DNA of 32,000 nt. Source: Erysipelotrichaceae bacterium (GTDB lineage: Bacteria > Bacillota_I > Bacilli_A > Erysipelotrichales > Erysipelotrichaceae). Under the pieces are notes generated by a model that did no database searches, was not told the DNA's origin, and saw only the letters and a program-made list of their open reading frames with translations. Location of the stretch: contig JAUVVC010000001.1 in the NCBI GenBank assembly GCA_030604855.1, positions 210,001 through 242,000 on the forward strand. Reading direction: 5' to 3'. Below are positions 24,977 through 32,000 of the stretch, piece by piece. The translations under genes and the position numbers were made by a program. The stretch's first letter is position 1; every line of letters begins with the position of its first letter.

Positions 24977-25445
24977 ACAACTTGCACTGATTTCCGTCTT
25001 CATAGCGGGCATCACCTTGATGACTATGGGCTTTACCATTACCATATTCCAAGGGTATATCAACTTTGGAGATACCCTTGTCATGGGTATGGGTCTGGTG
25101 GTTGGCTGGCCGTTTGCACTCTTAGGGGGCATCGGAGCGGCCTTAGCCGATGTTTTATTGGGTTATGGACAATATGCGTTCTTCACCTTAATCATCAAGG
25201 GCATTGAAGCGAGCATCATTGCTTTACTGGCGTTGCGTTCAGGCAAAGTTCAGCTTTGGGGTTATCTCTTGGCGGGGACTTGGATGGCTGCGGGCTATGG
25301 TTTGACCGATGTGATTTTGGCAGGTGAATGGCGTGTCTTCATCGTGTCCTTTGGTTATAATATCTTACAAGGTTTGGTATGTGGTGTGCTTGCATTCTCC
25401 ATTCAAGGCTTGCTTATTCGTTTAAAGAAACTCTATTCCGTTTAG
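24960..25445 (+). CDS. Small polytopic membrane protein, ECF-transporter S-component-like
   Basis: About 160 aa with 5-6 hydrophobic helices. The segment GWPFALLGGIGAALADVLLGYGQYAFFTLIIKGIEA resembles substrate-capture (S) components of ECF transporters. The start (ATG 24960 or 24966) overlaps the fmt end. Substrate is unknown. Confidence 0.5.
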   Translation: MNMKIKQLALISVFIAGITLMTMGFTITIFQGYINFGDTLVMGMGLVVGWPFALLGGIGAALADVLLGYGQYAFFTLIIKGIEASIIALLALRSGKVQLWGYLLAGTWMAAGYGLTDVILAGEWRVFIVSFGYNILQGLVCGVLAFSIQGLLIRLKKLYSV

Positions 25446-25457
25446 AAAGGATTCGAT

Positions 25458-27257
25458 ATGGATCAATCGCTTATCCGTAATTTCTCCATCATTGCACATA
25501 TCGACCATGGTAAATCCACTTTGGCCGATCGTATTCTTGAATTGACTGAAACATTCATGATGCGTGAGATGATGGCCCAAATGCTTGATACCCTTGATTT
25601 GGAGCGTGAACGTGGCATCACGATCAAATTGAATGCGGTCCAACTCTTGTATAAAGCTTTGGATGGACAAACATATACCTTGCATTTGATCGATACCCCA
25701 GGACATGTGGATTTCACTTATGAGGTGTCGCGTTCATTGGCCGCCTGTGAAGGCGCTGTTTTAGTCGTGGATGCGGCGCAGGGGATTGAGGCTCAGACCT
25801 TGGCCAATGTTTACTTAGCACTCGATAATAACTTGGAAATCCTGCCTGTCATCAATAAAGTCGATTTGCCTGCGGCACGTCCGGAGGAGATTCGTCATGA
25901 GATTGAGGATATCATTGGTTTGGATGCCTCAGAGGCTCCTTTGATCAGTGCGAAGAATGGTTTGAACATCCGCGATGTCTTAGAGCAGGTCATCAAACAT
26001 GTGCCAGCCCCAAAAGGGGATAAGGACGCACCATTAAAGGCTTTGGTGTTTGATTCCATCTACGACAGTTATCGTGGGGTCATTTCGTATGTCCGCATCA
26101 AAGAAGGTTCCGTGAAGGTTGGGGATAAAATCCGTTTCATGGCGACCAATGCGGTCTATGATGTGACGGAAGTTGGGATCCGTACCCCTCGTGAAATCAA
26201 GAAACAAGAATTGACCTGTGGTGAGGTCGGATGGATCGCAGCCAGTGTCAAATCCGTCAAGGATGTGCATGTTGGGGATACCATCACCCTTCATGATCGT
26301 CCTGCAGAAACCCCTTTGCCGGGGTATCGTCAATTGAATTCCATGGTTTTCTGTGGGCTCTATCCGATTGATTCGAATCGTTATAACGATCTTCGGGATG
26401 CCCTTGAGAAGTTGCAGTTGAATGATGCCTCACTTAAATATGAAGCAGAAACCTCCCAAGCTTTGGGCTTTGGTTTCCGTTGCGGTTTCCTGGGTCTGTT
26501 GCATATGGATGTGGTTCAAGAACGTTTGGAACGTGAATACAATTTGAGTTTGATTGCGACCGCACCCTCTGTCGTCTATCATGCCTATCTGACCGATGGA
26601 TCCATGGTCAAGGTGGATAATCCTGCTTTATTGCCGGAAGTCCAACGCATTGAGCATATGGAAGAACCGTATGTCAAAGCAACCATCATGGTTCCAAAGG
26701 AATACATTGGTTCGGTCATGGAGATCTGTCAGAAGAAACGTGGGACCTATATCGATCTTGTTTATATCGATGGATCACGAAATAATCTTGTCTATGAATT
26801 ACCACTCGGAGAAATCGTTTATGATTTCTTTGATAAATTGAAGTCGGCCACCAAGGGTTATGCTTCATTTGACTATGAGTTCATCGGCTATCAAACCAGT
26901 AATCTGGTCAAGATGGATATCATGATCGCAGGTGAACATGTGGATGCCTTGTCTTTGATCGTCCATCGTGATTTTGCGTACGGTCGTGGTAAGGTCATCA
27001 CGGAGAAACTCAGAACTTTGATTCCAAGAATGCAGTTTGAGATTCCAATACAGGCTGCCATCAATCATAAGATCATCGCCCGCAGCGATATCAAAGCCTT
27101 ACGTAAGAACGTGTTGGCGAAGTGTTATGGTGGAGATATCAGTCGTAAGAAGAAGCTTTTAGAGAAGCAAAAAGAAGGGAAGAAGCGGATGAAGCAGGTG
27201 GGGAATGTCGAAGTTCCACAGGAAGCATTCATGGCGGTTCTTTCAATGGATGAGTAA
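25458..27257 (+). CDS. lepA: Translation elongation factor 4 (LepA)
   Basis: 599 aa with G motifs [14 protein letters not shown] and NKVD, and a LepA-specific C-terminal domain. Confidence 0.97.
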   Translation: MDQSLIRNFSIIAHIDHGKSTLADRILELTETFMMREMMAQMLDTLDLERERGITIKLNAVQLLYKALDGQTYTLHLIDTPGHVDFTYEVSRSLAACEGAVLVVDAAQGIEAQTLANVYLALDNNLEILPVINKVDLPAARPEEIRHEIEDIIGLDASEAPLISAKNGLNIRDVLEQVIKHVPAPKGDKDAPLKALVFDSIYDSYRGVISYVRIKEGSVKVGDKIRFMATNAVYDVTEVGIRTPREIKKQELTCGEVGWIAASVKSVKDVHVGDTITLHDRPAETPLPGYRQLNSMVFCGLYPIDSNRYNDLRDALEKLQLNDASLKYEAETSQALGFGFRCGFLGLLHMDVVQERLEREYNLSLIATAPSVVYHAYLTDGSMVKVDNPALLPEVQRIEHMEEPYVKATIMVPKEYIGSVMEICQKKRGTYIDLVYIDGSRNNLVYELPLGEIVYDFFDKLKSATKGYASFDYEFIGYQTSNLVKMDIMIAGEHVDALSLIVHRDFAYGRGKVITEKLRTLIPRMQFEIPIQAAINHKIIARSDIKALRKNVLAKCYGGDISRKKKLLEKQKEGKKRMKQVGNVEVPQEAFMAVLSMDE

Positions 27258-27532
27258 TGCAGGAAATTTTTGATGTGATCCAAGCCTTTCGTTTGAAGAA
27301 GGGCTGGGATCAAAGTGATGATCCCAATGTCTTGGCGAAGTCGATCAGTGTGGAAGCTGCGGAGCTTTTGGAATGCTTTCTTGAGGAAGAATATAAACTT
27401 GAGAATGTCAAAGGTGAGTTGGCGGATGTGTTGATGGTGGCTTTGACCTTGGCCATGGATTTGAAGCTGGACGTCAAGGAACTGATTGAAACCAAGTTGC
27501 TTGAGGTGGATCGTAAATATGCGGACAAATAA
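27257..27532 (+). CDS. Small MazG-like nucleotide pyrophosphohydrolase-fold protein
   Basis: 91 aa. The EAAELLE...ELADVLMVAL pattern matches the MazG-type four-helix metal site. TAATG overlap with the lepA stop. Confidence 0.65.
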   Translation: MQEIFDVIQAFRLKKGWDQSDDPNVLAKSISVEAAELLECFLEEEYKLENVKGELADVLMVALTLAMDLKLDVKELIETKLLEVDRKYADK

Positions 27533-28622
27533 ACCAAAGGCACTGTACGTACATGTGCCTTTTTGTGATGTGATCTGTGCCTATTGTGACTTTACGCGGG
27601 TGGTGACACATCCCAAGTTGATTGAAGACTATCTACTTGCTCTATATGAAGAAATCAAACTGTATCCGGATATTCAATATGAAACGATCTACTTAGGTGG
27701 TGGAACCCCATCTGCTTTGGACTTGGATCAACTCCAAACCTTGTTTGAAATCATCAAGCCCCATTCCTTGCAGGTGAAAGAATATACGATTGAGGTGAAT
27801 CCGGAAAGCATAACGCAAGATAAGGCTCAATTATTTGTGGATTATGGCATCAATCGTATCAGTTTCGGTGTTCAAAGCTTCAATCAAGATGAATTGGATT
27901 TCATGCATCGTGGCCATACCACAAACATGATCAAACAAGGCATCGATTGGCTGCGACATGTCGGCATCACAAACATCAGCATCGATCTCATCTATGCCTT
28001 ACCTCATCAAACCCTTGATAAATGGGCGTATAATCTTGGACAAGCTCTCTTGTTGGACATCGATCATATCTCTTTGTATGCCTTGACGATCGAGGACAAT
28101 GCGGAATTTGGTCGTATGAAAATCAAGCCCATCGCATCGGAGATCGAAGAAGATATGTATGAGCTGGCGATAAAAACATTGGCGAATGCAGGCTTCCATC
28201 GTTATGAAATCAGTAATTTCACCAAAGCTAAGCCTTCGCAACACAACCTCCATTATTGGCATTACGATGATTACATTGGTTTGGGTCCAGGTGCGGTGTC
28301 TCTGTATCAAGGCAAGCGCATTGAGAATACCAAGAACCTATTGTATTACGGTCAATTCAAGTTTCATGGGGAAATCATTGACCTCTCATCAGCCGATCAA
28401 ATGTTTGAATTCATGATGATGGGTCTAAGAGTTCGTGAGGGAATTGAATTGAAACGCTTTGAGAAGCGCTTCAATCAATCACTGCTTGAAGTGTATGCAT
28501 CCTCTATCACATCAGAAACAGAAAAAGGTTTGTTGGAAGTCGTGGATGGCTTTGTCCGTTGTACGGAGAGAGGTTATGGTTTGTTGCATGATGTGTTGTT
28601 GGCGTTTATGGAAAGCAGCTAA
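27519..28622 (+). CDS. hemW: Radical SAM heme chaperone HemW (HemN-like, oxygen-independent coproporphyrinogen oxidase family)
   Basis: The ORF track starts at 27486. I prefer ATG 27519 (MRTNKPKALYVHVPFCDVICAYCDF, with the CxxxCxxC motif). It lies after lepA, as in Bacillus. Confidence 0.9.
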   Translation: MRTNKPKALYVHVPFCDVICAYCDFTRVVTHPKLIEDYLLALYEEIKLYPDIQYETIYLGGGTPSALDLDQLQTLFEIIKPHSLQVKEYTIEVNPESITQDKAQLFVDYGINRISFGVQSFNQDELDFMHRGHTTNMIKQGIDWLRHVGITNISIDLIYALPHQTLDKWAYNLGQALLLDIDHISLYALTIEDNAEFGRMKIKPIASEIEEDMYELAIKTLANAGFHRYEISNFTKAKPSQHNLHYWHYDDYIGLGPGAVSLYQGKRIENTKNLLYYGQFKFHGEIIDLSSADQMFEFMMMGLRVREGIELKRFEKRFNQSLLEVYASSITSETEKGLLEVVDGFVRCTERGYGLLHDVLLAFMESS

Positions 28623-28662
28623 TCACATATCTGTTTGATTGTGTTCTATTATGATTTTATTG

Positions 28663-28686
28663 AACAGTGCATGCACTGTTTTTTTT
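28663..28686 (+). terminator. Rho-independent terminator after hemW
   Basis: Palindrome AACAGTGCATGCACTGTT followed by T6-G-T4. Confidence 0.8.
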
Positions 28687-28706
28687 GTTTTAAGACTAAT
28701 AATTAA

Positions 28707-28745
28707 TGTTAGAATCCTTTAGCTTTTTAGATTTTGTGCTAGAAT
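28707..28745 (+). promoter_or_regulatory. Two tandem extended -10 promoters (TGtTAGAAT and TGcTAGAAT) 30 bp apart
   Basis: TGTTAGAAT lies at 28707..28715 and TGCTAGAAT at 28737..28745. Both sit in an AT-rich spacer upstream of the DUF937 gene. Confidence 0.5.
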
Positions 28746-28824
28746 TTAGTTAACGACCCAAGACAGGGATCATTCATGTGAATTTATGTTCTTAGCAACA
28801 TTTTTTTCGCATAGAGGGAGGGCT

Positions 28825-29397
28825 ATGGATTTACTATCGTTATTGAATAGTCAGTTACAAGATCAGGATGTGGTTAAGAAGATCAGCAAACAAGTAGGGG
28901 CTAAACCAGATCAAGTCAAGCAATTGACAGAGTTGGCATTACCGACCTTATTGCAAGCCATGAATAAGAATACGCAAACTCAAGATGGCGCCAAGTCCTT
29001 GCTTAAGGCTCTTGATCAACACCAAGATGATGATGTCTCTGATTTGAATCAATTCTTTAGTAAAGTTGATAAGCAGGATGGGGCTAAGATATTAGGTCAT
29101 CTGCTTGGCAACAAAGAGTCTAAAGTTGAACAAGGTTTGGCTGCGAAGACGGGGATGGATTTAGGTCAGGTTTCAGGCTTATTGACGATGTTGGCACCAC
29201 TCTTATTGGGTCAACTCGGTAAGCAGAAGAAACAACAAAATGGTTTTGGTATCGATGACTTGATGGGCATGTTGGGTGGTTCCAGCAGAGGTTCCAATGA
29301 TGTCATGGGTATGGTATCGGGTTTATTGGACAGTGACGGGGATGGCGATATCATGGATGACGTAGGTAAGTTGTTAGGCGGTTTCTTAAAGAAATAG
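28825..29397 (+). CDS. DUF937-family protein of unknown function
   Basis: The ORF track starts at 28786. I prefer ATG 28825 (GAGGGAGG SD; MDLLSLLNSQL...). Repeated helical LLxAL/ILGHLLG segments and a Gly/Met-rich tail are typical of DUF937. Confidence 0.7.
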   Translation: MDLLSLLNSQLQDQDVVKKISKQVGAKPDQVKQLTELALPTLLQAMNKNTQTQDGAKSLLKALDQHQDDDVSDLNQFFSKVDKQDGAKILGHLLGNKESKVEQGLAAKTGMDLGQVSGLLTMLAPLLLGQLGKQKKQQNGFGIDDLMGMLGGSSRGSNDVMGMVSGLLDSDGDGDIMDDVGKLLGGFLKK

Positions 29398-29421
29398 CAG
29401 TGTATTCATCAAGGAGGAAAG

Positions 29422-29826
29422 ATGGCAAAGTTAAGTTTTATTGAAGGCATTGGAGCGGTTTACGAAGGTAAACTCAATGAAGTCGGCATTCGTAGTACAG
29501 ATAAATATCTCGAACTCTGTGGAACTAAAAAGGGACGTGAAGACGTCGCTGAAAGAACCGGTATTTCCAGTAAGCTCATTCTGGAATGGGCGAATCGTGC
29601 GGATTTGGCACGCGTCAAAGGTGTTGGCAGTGAATACGCGGACTTATTGGAAGGTGCAGGTGTGGATACGGTACCTGAATTGGCGAATCGTAATCCAGTG
29701 AATCTTTATCAGAAGATGGTGGAAGTCAACGAAGAGAAGAAGCTTGTTCGTAAATTGCCAAGTGTCAATCAAGTCACCGCTTGGGTTGAACAAGCCAAAG
29801 CATTACCACGCGCATTACATTATTAA
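29422..29826 (+). CDS. DUF4332-family helix-hairpin-helix protein
   Basis: 134 aa. IEGIGAVYEGKLNEVGI and VKGVGSEYADLLEGAGVDTVPELA are two HhH-like motifs characteristic of DUF4332. SD AGGAGG is present. Confidence 0.72.
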   Translation: MAKLSFIEGIGAVYEGKLNEVGIRSTDKYLELCGTKKGREDVAERTGISSKLILEWANRADLARVKGVGSEYADLLEGAGVDTVPELANRNPVNLYQKMVEVNEEKKLVRKLPSVNQVTAWVEQAKALPRALHY

Positions 29827-29857
29827 GTCGTTGTCCTGTCACGGTCGGAATTAATTT

Positions 29858-29880
29858 AAAAGCTAGTCCAACTAGCTTTT
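29858..29880 (+). terminator. Hairpin terminator after the DUF4332 gene
   Basis: AAAAGCTAGT-CCA-ACTAGCTTTT forms a perfect 10-bp stem. The U-run is part of the stem, so the terminator may work in both directions and is of moderate strength. Confidence 0.6.
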
Positions 29881-29901
29881 ATCTTGTAAAATGGGGGTAA
29901 C

Positions 29902-31098
29902 ATGAAACTTTGGACTAAATTGATCTTACTTGTCTTGGCGTTGGGCTTGGGACTGGGTGGATACATCTATTACGAACAAAAACAATTGGAGAACAGTGAG
30001 ATCCAATCTTTTGAAGTGAGTTTCAATGGGACGACGATTGAATTTTTGGATTTACAGATGCATAAACCGATTCTTGGTTCATTGATTGATTTGAGCTATT
30101 ATGTCCATCAAGATGGCTTCAATGATTTGAACAGTGATCAGATGCTCAATACCTTCAAAGTCGATCCACGCGCAAAGGTCAGGATTTCAAATGAGCTGGG
30201 TGAGGATGTTCCATATCAGGAAGCCTTGGTTCTTGAGCCCGGTAGATACTCCATAAGCGTGAATATCGTGGATGGCATCGCACAGTATGATTATTTGTTT
30301 CATGTGGTGGTGGATCCTGAACCTATAATTTCATTGAGTGATTTACAACCTTCACAGGGAGGTTTGGTTCTCATCGACATTGAGAATGTCTCTAAGGCGA
30401 CTGAGATACAAGTGATCAGTAATTTCAAACCATCTGCTATCTATCGAACAGCACACAGTGCACAGTTCTATCTTCCCATGGCGTATCAATCCGAGGCGAA
30501 GAACTATGGTTTACAGATCGTGGTTGGAGAAGATGTGTTCGATTATGCCTTGGATGTGCAGACCTATGCTTTCAAAGAATCACATTTCACCGTTCCGGTG
30601 AGCATATCCAGCGGTACGGTTGGTAATCAAGATGCGGTGAAACAATATCGAGATGCGATCTATCCGACCTATGTCTCTTTCGTGGAAGAAGTCTATTGGA
30701 AAGGGCCTTTTATCATTCCAGTTGAAGGCGCGCGGATTTCATCGACCTTCGGCGAAAAACGTTTTGTGAACAATGCGAAGAATCCAACACGACATTCTGG
30801 CATCGATTATGCGATCGCTTGTGGGACGGATGTATATGCATCGAATGCAGGAATCGTGGAGTTTGCGGACTTCTTGATCATGATTGGAAATACCATCGTC
30901 ATCGATCATGGTTTGGGTTTGAAGACCTATTATGAACATATGGAAGACATTGTCATCAAAGCGGGGGATATCGTCGAAAAAGGACAACTGATCGGTCATG
31001 TGGGGACGACGGGCTATTCCACGGGTTGTCATTTGCATTTCCAAGCGATGGTCAAGAATCAATCGATCAATCCAGATGTGCTTTATCGTCTAGAATGA
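29902..31098 (+). CDS. M23-family peptidoglycan DD-metalloendopeptidase with N-terminal membrane anchor
   Basis: 398 aa with a TM helix, LILLVLALGLGLGGYIY. The C-terminal LytM domain contains HSGIDYA (HxxxD) and GCHLHFQ (HxH). Confidence 0.9.
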   Translation: MKLWTKLILLVLALGLGLGGYIYYEQKQLENSEIQSFEVSFNGTTIEFLDLQMHKPILGSLIDLSYYVHQDGFNDLNSDQMLNTFKVDPRAKVRISNELGEDVPYQEALVLEPGRYSISVNIVDGIAQYDYLFHVVVDPEPIISLSDLQPSQGGLVLIDIENVSKATEIQVISNFKPSAIYRTAHSAQFYLPMAYQSEAKNYGLQIVVGEDVFDYALDVQTYAFKESHFTVPVSISSGTVGNQDAVKQYRDAIYPTYVSFVEEVYWKGPFIIPVEGARISSTFGEKRFVNNAKNPTRHSGIDYAIACGTDVYASNAGIVEFADFLIMIGNTIVIDHGLGLKTYYEHMEDIVIKAGDIVEKGQLIGHVGTTGYSTGCHLHFQAMVKNQSINPDVLYRLE

Positions 31099-31127
31099 TT
31101 GCATTCATTGTTTAAACATGGTATATT
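31099..31127 (+). promoter_or_regulatory. rpsO promoter
   Basis: TTGCAT (31099..31104), a 17-nt spacer ending in TGg, then TATATT (31122..31127). Confidence 0.6.
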
Positions 31128-31207
31128 GTTAAAGCTTTTGTACTGGGTTCATCGATTCCTCAACGATTTACGCGGTAGAGAAGGACTATAAATAGGAGGA
31201 CACAAAC

Positions 31208-31474
31208 ATGTTGTCAAAAGTCGAAAAGACACAAATCATCAAGGATTACGCTCGTTTTGAAGGGGATACCGGTTCGGTTGAAGTCCAAGTCGCAGTCTTG
31301 ACTGCACAGATCAATCGTTTGACGGAACACTTGAAGGAACACAAGAAAGACTTCCATTCGCTTCGTGGTTTGATGAAGATGGTTGGTACACGTCGTAGCT
31401 TGATGAATTATTTGAAGACGGAAGACGTTAATCGTTACCGCACATTGGTTAGTCGTTTAGGATTGAGAAAGTAA
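31208..31474 (+). CDS. rpsO: 30S ribosomal protein S15
   Basis: 88 aa with [26 protein letters not shown] and [16 protein letters not shown] lies 8 nt upstream. Confidence 0.96.
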   Translation: MLSKVEKTQIIKDYARFEGDTGSVEVQVAVLTAQINRLTEHLKEHKKDFHSLRGLMKMVGTRRSLMNYLKTEDVNRYRTLVSRLGLRK

Positions 31475-31475
31475 G

Positions 31476-31500
31476 ACAAGCTGAAAAGCTTGTTTTTTTC
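31476..31500 (+). terminator. Rho-independent terminator/attenuator between rpsO and pnp
   Basis: ACAAGCT-GAAA-AGCTTGT followed by T7. Confidence 0.85.
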
Positions 31501-31521
31501 TTTAGTTTAAGGTTGTTTATA

Positions 31522-31530
31522 TGATATGAT
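31522..31530 (+). promoter_or_regulatory. Possible extended -10 promoter TGaTATGAT for pnp
   Basis: Read directly from the sequence. No convincing -35 was found. Confidence 0.35.
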
Positions 31531-31556
31531 ATTCAAGTCAAAAAAGAGGTAAATAA

Positions 31557-32000
31557 ATGGCAAAACAAGTATTTAGTCTAGATTTCTGTGGAAGAAATCT
31601 AACAGTGGAAACCGGAGAAATTGCCAAACAAGCTGGAGGATCGGTGTTGGTTCGTTATGAAGACACCGTCGTGTTGTCCGTAGCGACTGCAAGTAAGCAA
31701 GCTAAGGATATCGATTTCTTTCCTTTAACGGTTTTGTTTGAAGAAAAATTGTATTCGGTTGGTAAGATTCCGGGTGGTTTCTTACGTAGAGAAGGTCGTC
31801 CAAGTGAACATGCGACATTGTCGTCACGTGTGATCGACCGTACCTTGCGTCCCTTGTTTGCGGATGGATTCCGTAACGAAGTGCAAGTCGTGAATACCGT
31901 ATTATCCGTCGATTACGATCGTTCACCTGAAATGACGGCGATGTTTGGGGCTTCATTGGCCTTGGGTGTCTCCAACATTCCGTTCAATGGTCCAATCGCA
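31557..32000 (+). CDS. pnp: Polyribonucleotide nucleotidyltransferase (PNPase), N-terminal 148 codons; continues past the right edge
   Basis: This ORF is absent from the ORF track because it has no stop within the window. My translation from ATG 31557 is [101 protein letters not shown]..., the classic PNPase RNase PH domain 1. SD AGAGG is present. Confidence 0.93.
   Translation, partial: MAKQVFSLDFCGRNLTVETGEIAKQAGGSVLVRYEDTVVLSVATASKQAKDIDFFPLTVLFEEKLYSVGKIPGGFLRREGRPSEHATLSSRVIDRTLRPLFADGFRNEVQVVNTVLSVDYDRSPEMTAMFGASLALGVSNIPFNGPIA

Noticed and set aside
28786-28824. Upstream start of the DUF937 ORF (MFLATFFSHRGRA...)
   Set aside because: This ATG sits in the leader hairpin and T-run without an SD. 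ATG 28825 follows GAGGGAGG and gives the family-typical MDLLSLL start.
1-32000. Mollicute-type genetic code (UGA = Trp), CRISPR arrays, insertion sequences or prophage remnants
   Set aside because: TGA terminates several well-delimited conserved genes at the expected length, so the standard code applies. I found no spaced direct repeats, no terminal inverted repeats flanking ORFs, and no transposase, integrase or phage-like proteins among the translated ORFs.

Overview
This window is mostly chromosomal core sequence from a Bacillota (Firmicutes)-type bacterium. It uses the standard genetic code, because TGA clearly acts as a stop for recD2, the CPBP protease gene, the MFP gene, comEA, ireB and sdaA.

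Positions 1..9989 are coded entirely on the minus strand:
- a MarR-regulated MFP + MacB-type ABC efflux operon, which runs off the left edge
- a second ABC exporter unit: a DUF1648-like small membrane protein, an ATPase and a 550-aa permease
- recD2, a CPBP/Abi intramembrane protease, mnmA and an Spx-family regulator

From 10258 onward almost everything is on the plus strand:
- an APC amino-acid permease
- trpS and alaS, each behind its own T-box leader (specifiers UGG and GCC)
- the Bacillus-like block alaS-ireB-ruvX-DUF1292-mltG-udk-greA
- comEA-comEC-holA, then a single-chain L-serine dehydratase
- rpsT, the only minus-strand gene in this part
- fmt, an ECF-S-like membrane protein, lepA, a small MazG-like protein and hemW
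- a DUF937/DUF4332 gene pair, an M23 peptidase, rpsO and the 5' end of pnp

I saw no rRNA, tRNA, CRISPR array, transposase, integrase or phage genes.

I do not see a convincing new multi-gene system; most of the window is ordinary housekeeping sequence in conserved synteny. The points most worth a second look are:
1. The left-hand ABC/MarR/DUF1648 (+CPBP) cluster, which could be an orphan peptide-toxin resistance island.
2. A membrane-fusion protein that is an internal tandem duplication and lacks an alpha-hairpin.
3. Three genes (mnmA, marR-like, holA) whose ATG lies 6-8 nt after an extended -10 box with no Shine-Dalgarno sequence, suggesting leaderless mRNAs.
4. An Spx homologue with a C-terminal four-cysteine extension.
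5. An isolated DUF937-DUF4332 operon with tandem promoters.

All family assignments come from reading the translated ORFs by eye. No database search was run.
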